Notes under the pieces: model-generated
What the model was told of the DNA's origin: nothing
The model's input: the letters and a program-made list of their open reading frames with translations, nothing else
The model's database searches: none
Program-made: the position numbers and the translations under genes
Part shown: positions 58,544 through 64,000 of the stretch, piece by piece
How the letters are laid out: each line of letters begins with the position of its first letter
Numbering within the stretch: position 1 is the first letter of the stretch
Source of the DNA: an uncultured Pseudomonadales bacterium
GTDB taxonomy: Bacteria > Patescibacteriota > Microgenomatia > UBA1400 > UBA12028
Direction of reading: 5' to 3'
Length of the DNA: 64,000 nt
Assembly (NCBI GenBank): GCA_964635905.1
Contig: CAZWPK010000004.1
Coordinates: forward strand, 25,012 to 89,011

Positions 58544-58834
58544 ATGGGAGAAACTCTAAGTAAAGTCGAACTTTTAGAAGTTTTTCATATGGAGCATGTA
58601 GATCGTTTGTGGGGTACTAACACACCTGGATATATTGTAACTTTGGCAACAGCTGGAAAAAACGGAGAAACATTGTATCTGAATGATTCTGCTTTTGCCA
58701 AACAGAACTTAGCAGGAATTGAGCGTAGCAATAGAGGAGATGTAATTAGGCTTACTGCTATACGTGATGCAGACGGAAAATTACTAGATATTGCAGACTT
58801 TATGGCACTTTATAGAGGCGTAGATAGAGATTAA
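58544..58834 (+). CDS. Hypothetical protein inserted between rplX and rplE
   Basis: 96 aa ORF starting 5 nt after the L24 stop and ending 5 nt before the L5 start; no motif. Confidence 0.4.
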   Translation: MGETLSKVELLEVFHMEHVDRLWGTNTPGYIVTLATAGKNGETLYLNDSAFAKQNLAGIERSNRGDVIRLTAIRDADGKLLDIADFMALYRGVDRD

Positions 58835-58838
58835 GTTT

Positions 58839-59399
58839 ATGAACCGATTACAAGAAAAATACCAAACTACAGTCATTGACCAACTCGAAAAAGAGTTTAA
58901 CAAGACAAATCGTATGGCGGTTGCAAAACCAACCAAGATTGTCGTTAATGTCGGAGTGTCAAAAAAAGAAAACGCAGATACCAGTAAAGCAATTGAAGCT
59001 TGGGTCCAACAATTTACAATTATTGCTGGTCAAAAACCAAAGATCTCTAAAGCCAAGAAATCGATCGCTGGATTTAAGATGCGACAGGGAGATCCAGTGG
59101 GTGTCACTGTTACTTTGCGTGGAGTCCGCATGTGGGAATTCTTGGATAAGTTGATTGCAATCGTTTTGCCCCGTGTCAAAGATTTCCAAGGGGTGAAGAA
59201 AAGTAATATGGATAGTGTCGGAAACTACAACTTAGGGCTTACCGAACAAATCGTGTTCCCTGAAATCAACTACGACATGATTCATAAAGTAGCTGGCTTA
59301 CAGGTCACAATCGTCAACAAAGCGGACAACCGAGCTGAAGCATTAAAGATGCTTGAATTATTAGGGATGCCGTTTGAAAAAGAAGAAGAGAAGAACTAA
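58839..59399 (+). CDS. rplE: 50S ribosomal protein L5
   Basis: 'MNRLQEKYQTTVIDQLEKEFNKTNRMAVAKPTKIVVNVGV' L5. Confidence 0.95.
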   Translation: MNRLQEKYQTTVIDQLEKEFNKTNRMAVAKPTKIVVNVGVSKKENADTSKAIEAWVQQFTIIAGQKPKISKAKKSIAGFKMRQGDPVGVTVTLRGVRMWEFLDKLIAIVLPRVKDFQGVKKSNMDSVGNYNLGLTEQIVFPEINYDMIHKVAGLQVTIVNKADNRAEALKMLELLGMPFEKEEEKN

Positions 59400-59402
59400 T
59401 CT

Positions 59403-59594
59403 ATGGCAAAATTAAGCAAAATCAATAAAACCATTCGACAAAATGCAAAAGGCTTTTCAAGCCGACGCAAGAACCGTTGTAACCTCTGCGGTCGCCCCCG
59501 TGGATTCATGCGTTACTTTGGAATCTGTCGTCTGTGTTTTCGAGAATTAGCAGCAAAAGGTGAACTACCAGGTGTAACAAAGGGAAGTTTCTAA
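59403..59594 (+). CDS. rpsN: 30S ribosomal protein S14 type Z (zinc-binding)
   Basis: 63 aa, '[25 protein letters not shown]' four-Cys zinc ribbon. Confidence 0.9.
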   Translation: MAKLSKINKTIRQNAKGFSSRRKNRCNLCGRPRGFMRYFGICRLCFRELAAKGELPGVTKGSF

Positions 59595-59603
59595 AAAAAA
59601 TGT

Positions 59604-59996
59604 ATGATTACTGATCCAATCGCAGACATGCTCACCAGAATCAAGAATGCCTATATGGCTCGCAAAGAATCGGTTATTATGCCGTATTCTAAAGTCAAAG
59701 AGTCCATTGCCAAGGTACTAATTGAACACAAGTACATCAAAGATGCACAGATGCAGGAGATTGAAGGAAAAAAGAATCTCATGGTTACCTTATCCTATAT
59801 GGGTAAAACACCTGCAATGACCGATGTAAAACGGGTGAGTAAACCAGGACTACGAAGATATTCTGGAGTTGATACCATCAAGCGCACATTGGGTGGATAT
59901 GGAATAACCATTGTTTCTACCAGCCAAGGTGTGATGGACGATAAATCAGCCAAAAAGAAAAACATTGGAGGCGAAGTACTTTGCCAAGTGTGGTAA
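59604..59996 (+). CDS. rpsH: 30S ribosomal protein S8
   Basis: 'MITDPIADMLTRIKNAYMARKESV' S8. Confidence 0.95.
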   Translation: MITDPIADMLTRIKNAYMARKESVIMPYSKVKESIAKVLIEHKYIKDAQMQEIEGKKNLMVTLSYMGKTPAMTDVKRVSKPGLRRYSGVDTIKRTLGGYGITIVSTSQGVMDDKSAKKKNIGGEVLCQVW

Positions 59997-60008
59997 AAAG
60001 GAATACCT

Positions 60009-60269
60009 ATGAATAGTTCAGAATTTTCACCCAAAAATGTAGAAGAAAGTCGTGAAACACTTGTTGATTGGGCAGAGGAAGTTGCTACAAGAGAAATTGA
60101 AACGGGAACCGAAATTAGTAGTGGATTGCTTATTCAAAATGAAATCGCGTGGATCATTAACGTGCTAGCTGCGGACGAATACAAGTTTGAAGGGTACTCA
60201 CTCACCAAAGAGGAGCGAGAATCATATGAACAAAGAATAAATCAGTTATATGAGATATGGGGAATGTAA
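60009..60269 (+). CDS. Small acidic hypothetical protein inserted between rpsH and rplF
   Basis: 86 aa, strongly acidic ('EESRETLVDWAEEVATREIETGTE'); in-operon spacing of ~12 nt on both sides. Confidence 0.4.
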   Translation: MNSSEFSPKNVEESRETLVDWAEEVATREIETGTEISSGLLIQNEIAWIINVLAADEYKFEGYSLTKEERESYEQRINQLYEIWGM

Positions 60270-60284
60270 TTAAAGAAATAATGT

Positions 60285-60836
60285 ATGTCAAAAATCGGAC
60301 GTCAAATTATTGAAATACCAGCGGGAGTCACCATTACGGTTGCTTCCAATACCATTACGGTCAAAGGTCCAAAGGGAGAACTGTCAACTCCTACAATGCC
60401 AGGGATTACACTGACGGTTGCAGATGGCAAAGGAACTATCACTCGAAACAGTGATCTACCTCCTATGCGCGCTGCACATGGATTGATCCGTTCCTTGGTT
60501 GCCAACATGGTCAAAGGGGTTACCGAAGGCTTTGAGAAGCGTTTGGAAATGGTTGGAACCGGATATCGTGTTACCGCCAAAGGCCAAGGGATTTCGCTCT
60601 CTGTGGGTTTTTCCCATCCAGTCGATGTGGTTCCCCCAAAGGGCATTACCTTTACAGTAGAGGGTAACAACAAGATCATTGTCAAGGGAATTGATAAAGG
60701 ACTAGTTGGACAAATTGCTTCCAACATTCATGAAGTCCGACCTCCTGAGCCCTATAAAGGCAAAGGAATTAAGTACGAAAACGAGATTATTCGACGTAAA
60801 GCAGGGAAAGCAGCCAAAGCTGCAGGATCTAAGTAA
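60285..60836 (+). CDS. rplF: 50S ribosomal protein L6
   Basis: 'MSKIGRQIIEIPAGVTITV...VKGPKGEL' L6. Confidence 0.95.
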   Translation: MSKIGRQIIEIPAGVTITVASNTITVKGPKGELSTPTMPGITLTVADGKGTITRNSDLPPMRAAHGLIRSLVANMVKGVTEGFEKRLEMVGTGYRVTAKGQGISLSVGFSHPVDVVPPKGITFTVEGNNKIIVKGIDKGLVGQIASNIHEVRPPEPYKGKGIKYENEIIRRKAGKAAKAAGSK

Positions 60837-60844
60837 TAAATTGT

Positions 60845-61201
60845 ATGAAAGTGAACCATAACATCACCACCAAAGAACGCCGTACGATTCGAGTTCGTAG
60901 TAAAGTACGGGGCACAGCCGAGCGCCCGCGCTTGACGGTCTATCGTTCCAACGAAACTACGTATATACAGGCAATCGATGACACGCTCGGAAACACCTTA
61001 AGTGCTGCCAATGCCAAAATGAAAAAGCTTAAAAAAGAATTAACGAAGCTTGAAGAAGCAATTGAACTTGCCAAAGTGTTAGCTTCTGATTTAAAGAAAA
61101 AAGGAATTACTAAATTAGTGTTTGACCGTGGAAGCTACCGCTACCATGGACGCGTAAAAGCCATTGCTGATACCGTTCGTGCGCAAGGTATTGAAATGTA
61201 A
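60845..61201 (+). CDS. rplR: 50S ribosomal protein L18
   Basis: 'RPRLTVYRSNETTYIQAIDD...LVFDRGSYRYHGRVKAIADTVRAQG' L18. Confidence 0.9.
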   Translation: MKVNHNITTKERRTIRVRSKVRGTAERPRLTVYRSNETTYIQAIDDTLGNTLSAANAKMKKLKKELTKLEEAIELAKVLASDLKKKGITKLVFDRGSYRYHGRVKAIADTVRAQGIEM

Positions 61202-61210
61202 GAAAAACCT

Positions 61211-61939
61211 ATGGATAAAAAACGTTTTGAACGCAACCAAGAACCAAAAGAATTTGACGAGAAAGTCGTCCAAGTTAGTCGTGTTTCTAAAAAGACAAAA
61301 GGTGGAAACAAAATGGGATTTTCAGTGCTCATGGTTGTGGGAGACAAAAAAGGTCGTGTCGGAGTGGGACTTGGTAAGGCCAAGGACGTCCTCTCTGCCA
61401 TCCGTAAGGGTGTAAAGAAAGCAAAGCGCAAACTTATTAGTATCCCAATGAATGGAACTACCATTCCGTTCCCCATTGAAGTGAAGTTGGGAGCCGCCAG
61501 TGTCTTGCTTAAACCCGCTCCAAAGGGAAGTGGAATTATTGCTGGTGGTCCTATCCGCAGTGTCGTGAATGCTGCAGGAATTCGCGATATCAGTAGTAAG
61601 ATCAAAGGTTCCAACAACAAAGCCAGTAATGTGTATGCAACTTTTGAAGCCCTAAAGCAAATTACTCGACTTGTTGAACACAAGGGCATTAAATTAAAGT
61701 CTGTTGTTCAAGTGGAGGAAGAAGAGAAACAGAAGTTAAGAGAATTAGATAAGAAGGCAGCCAAACCACAAGTTGAAGAAAAGAAAACAGCGCAGCCAAC
61801 TGCTCATCGACGTCCGGCTCCTGCTCGACGACCCGCCAAAGAGGCAGTCAAAAAAGAAGTAGCCCCAGTAGAAGCAAAAGCGGTAAGAGAGCAGCCAAAA
61901 GAAGAAGTGAAGGTTGAAGAAACTAAGAAGTCAGAATAA
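61211..61939 (+). CDS. rpsE: 30S ribosomal protein S5 with ~80-aa Lys/Glu/Pro-rich C-terminal extension
   Basis: 'VVQVSRVSKKTKGGNKMGFSVLMVVGDKKGRVGVGLGKAKDV' S5 core; tail 'EEEEKQKLRELDKKAAKPQVEEKK...'. Confidence 0.9.
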   Translation: MDKKRFERNQEPKEFDEKVVQVSRVSKKTKGGNKMGFSVLMVVGDKKGRVGVGLGKAKDVLSAIRKGVKKAKRKLISIPMNGTTIPFPIEVKLGAASVLLKPAPKGSGIIAGGPIRSVVNAAGIRDISSKIKGSNNKASNVYATFEALKQITRLVEHKGIKLKSVVQVEEEEKQKLRELDKKAAKPQVEEKKTAQPTAHRRPAPARRPAKEAVKKEVAPVEAKAVREQPKEEVKVEETKKSE

Positions 61940-61952
61940 GACAAAGGAATGT

Positions 61953-62390
61953 ATGTTGCACAACTTATTAAAGATTACCAGTCGAGCTAAAAAACGCCTT
62001 GGTCGTGGAGGCGGATCTGGAAAAGGTTTTCATACCGTCGGTCGTGGAACAAAGGGACATACATCAAGAGAAGGTGGAACGATTCCATTGTGGTTTGAAG
62101 GTGGACAGTTACCCTTAATTAAGCGATTGCCATATCTTCGTGGAAAAGATCATTTTGATTCCGTTAATACCAAACCCGTTGCAATTGATTTATCGCGCAT
62201 TGCTCGATTAACTGGACAAGATATTACCCCAGAAACGTTAGTCGCAGCCGGATTAATCAAATCGGTATATCTTCCCGTGAAGTTAGTGGGATCTGCAAAA
62301 CTGACAAGCGTTGGTGAAGTTCGTGGTGTGGCCGCTTCTGCATCTGCACGTAAAGCCTTAGAAGAGGCAGGAGCCCGATTGTCTATCTAA
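61953..62390 (+). CDS. rplO: 50S ribosomal protein L15 (no L30 gene between S5 and L15)
   Basis: 'LLKITSRAKKRLGRGGGSGKGFHTVGRGTKGH' L15; the S5 stop abuts it with no room for rpmD. Confidence 0.85.
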   Translation: MLHNLLKITSRAKKRLGRGGGSGKGFHTVGRGTKGHTSREGGTIPLWFEGGQLPLIKRLPYLRGKDHFDSVNTKPVAIDLSRIARLTGQDITPETLVAAGLIKSVYLPVKLVGSAKLTSVGEVRGVAASASARKALEEAGARLSI

Positions 62391-62419
62391 ATTAGCAGTA
62401 CAAAAGTCTTTCTGCTACA

Positions 62420-63730
62420 ATGGACCTTCGGTTTTACAAGATTGAAAAAACGATCATGCGCTCTTTTTTCTCACAATTTTTTTCCAATAAAGAACTACTC
62501 CGACGTGTTGGATTTACTTTAGTCATTTTTGCCGTATTTCGATTGTTTGCACACCTACCTGTTCCTGCTGTAGATATTGATCAGCTCAAAAGCTTCTTTG
62601 GTGGAAACCAATTGTTAGGCTTGTTAAACATTTTTTCAGGTGGAACTTTAGCGAATTTCTCAGTAATGGCGATTGGAATCAATCCGTATATTACGGCTTC
62701 GATTGTCATTCAATTGGCAACGATGTTGATTCCAAAGTTAAAGGAACTCTCTAAAGACGGGGAGAGTGGGCGTGAAGTGATTAATCAATACACCCGCTTC
62801 CTTTCCCTCCCGCTAGCAGTACTTCAGAGTATCTCTGTTCTTGTCTTATTAAACAGCCAAGGTTTGATTCTGACCTCTGATCCACTAAAGATCGTGGCGA
62901 TGATCTTTACCTTAGTGGCGGGAACCATGATTTTAATGTGGCTAGGAGAATTGATTACGTTGTACGGAATTGGGAATGGAATCTCCATGGTCATTTTTGC
63001 CGGAATCGTCGGACAATTGCCTCTGACAGCAATTCAAACCGTCTCTATTTCTCAGACGGCACTACTCCAGACAGGGCTCTTTGCTCTGTTAGCAGTCGTG
63101 GTGATTGCCAGCATCGTGGTGATGACAGAAGCTGTGCGGCGGGTACATTTGCAGTCCGCTCGTCGTTCTCGTGGGTCCTCTGACTATGGAGTTACCAGTA
63201 CCTATTTGCCCCTACGCATCAATCAAGCGGGAGTGCTTCCCATCATGTTCGCAGTTTCCTTAGTGTTGATTCCATCTTTTGGAGCCCGATTATTGGTTCA
63301 ACTGCCCAATGAGCAGATCAAACAGGCTGCGACTTGGTTGATCGCTAATTTCATTCCTGGTAGTACTTGGTATGAAATCACCTACTTTTTTATGGTCTTT
63401 GCCTTTACCTATTTTTCGACCGCCGTTTTCTTTGATCCGGAGGATTTGGCAGAGGAACTCAAGAAGAGTGGAGCCTATGTTCCGGGCGTTCGACCAGGAA
63501 AACCAACTGCTGAACTCATCACCCGCATCATTACCCGGATTACCTTAGCAGGTGCAATCTATTTAGGCATCATTGCCATCTTGCCATCGATTGCCAGTAA
63601 ACTGACCGATAATCCAGGACTAACCATTGGAGGAACAGGATTGTTGATCGTCGTTTCTGTCGTGTTGGAAACTGTCAAACAAGTGCAGGCATTACTGGTA
63701 ACACAAAATTACGATAAGTTTGCAGAATAA
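62420..63730 (+). CDS. secY: Protein translocase subunit SecY
   Basis: 10 TM; '[16 protein letters not shown]', '[23 protein letters not shown]' SecY. Confidence 0.95.
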   Translation: MDLRFYKIEKTIMRSFFSQFFSNKELLRRVGFTLVIFAVFRLFAHLPVPAVDIDQLKSFFGGNQLLGLLNIFSGGTLANFSVMAIGINPYITASIVIQLATMLIPKLKELSKDGESGREVINQYTRFLSLPLAVLQSISVLVLLNSQGLILTSDPLKIVAMIFTLVAGTMILMWLGELITLYGIGNGISMVIFAGIVGQLPLTAIQTVSISQTALLQTGLFALLAVVVIASIVVMTEAVRRVHLQSARRSRGSSDYGVTSTYLPLRINQAGVLPIMFAVSLVLIPSFGARLLVQLPNEQIKQAATWLIANFIPGSTWYEITYFFMVFAFTYFSTAVFFDPEDLAEELKKSGAYVPGVRPGKPTAELITRIITRITLAGAIYLGIIAILPSIASKLTDNPGLTIGGTGLLIVVSVVLETVKQVQALLVTQNYDKFAE

Positions 63731-63840
63731 GGCGAGCTTCAATATTTAACGGTCTAAATAGGTCATCTATTTAGAGGGTTGAGTGTTGAACTCAAATTAT
63801 TTTTATACAGAGGGGAAGTTTTATTTAACTTACCGTTCTT

Positions 63841-64000
63841 ATGAAACTTATCTTAATTGGTATCCAGGGTGCTGGAAAATCGACGCAAGGAAATTTGTTA
63901 TCCAAAGCGTTAAGTGTTCCGTATCTTTCTAGCGGTCATATTTTCCGTGAGATGACCAAAGAGAAAACCCAACTGGGCAGATTCTTGAAAGAAACGCTCA
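63841..64000 (+). CDS. adk: Adenylate kinase (5' part; runs off the window)
   Basis: 'MKLILIGIQGAGKSTQGNLLSKAL...SSGHIFRE' P-loop and NMP-binding start. Confidence 0.85.
   Translation, partial: MKLILIGIQGAGKSTQGNLLSKALSVPYLSSGHIFREMTKEKTQLGRFLKETL

Overview
A 64 kb window from a moderate-GC (~45%) bacterium with standard stop-codon usage and many translationally coupled genes (ATGA overlaps). Gene content points to a small-genome, Gram-positive-like lineage, plausibly CPR/Patescibacteria. Evidence for this: L30 is absent between rpsE and rplO, transketolase is split, AlaRS is short, sortase and LysM proteins are present, and several ribosomal proteins carry low-complexity tails. The second half (39.1-64 kb) is the rpoB-rpoC / str / S10-spc-secY-adk ribosomal super-operon. 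It is almost complete, but three small unknown ORFs sit inside it (fusA|tuf, rplX|rplE, rpsH|rplF) and a membrane protein sits between rpoC and rpsL. The first half carries housekeeping and envelope genes: surface-polysaccharide genes, split transketolase, GatB/YqeY, MutY, YidC, SPFH, groESL with a CIRCE-like operator, a FtsB-Xer-FtsK-RodZ block, and alaS ... ruvX-mltG. Four tRNAs are present (Thr-CGT, Gly-CCC, two CAT). An accessory island lies between tRNA-Gly and hsp20. It holds a LysM protein, a coupled LmbE-deacetylase/GNAT/VOC operon, three paralogous aspartate-less receiver-like proteins and an IS200-type transposase. The most unusual items are listed below. (1) A VKOR (DsbB-like, CXXC) domain fused to a family-2-like dihydroorotate dehydrogenase whose catalytic Ser is replaced by Cys. 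(2) The triplicated pseudo-receiver family, together with an orphan GAF histidine kinase coupled to a P-loop kinase-like protein. (3) A secreted Cys-rich 'CCGW'-repeat protein with a C-terminal helical-hairpin anchor. (4) A large membrane protein plus sortase inserted into the conserved alaS-ruvX-mltG neighbourhood. (5) The small ORFs inserted into the ribosomal operon. (6) A promoter/short transcript/terminator unit directly upstream of rpoB. All calls are from reading the sequence by eye; no database search was possible.
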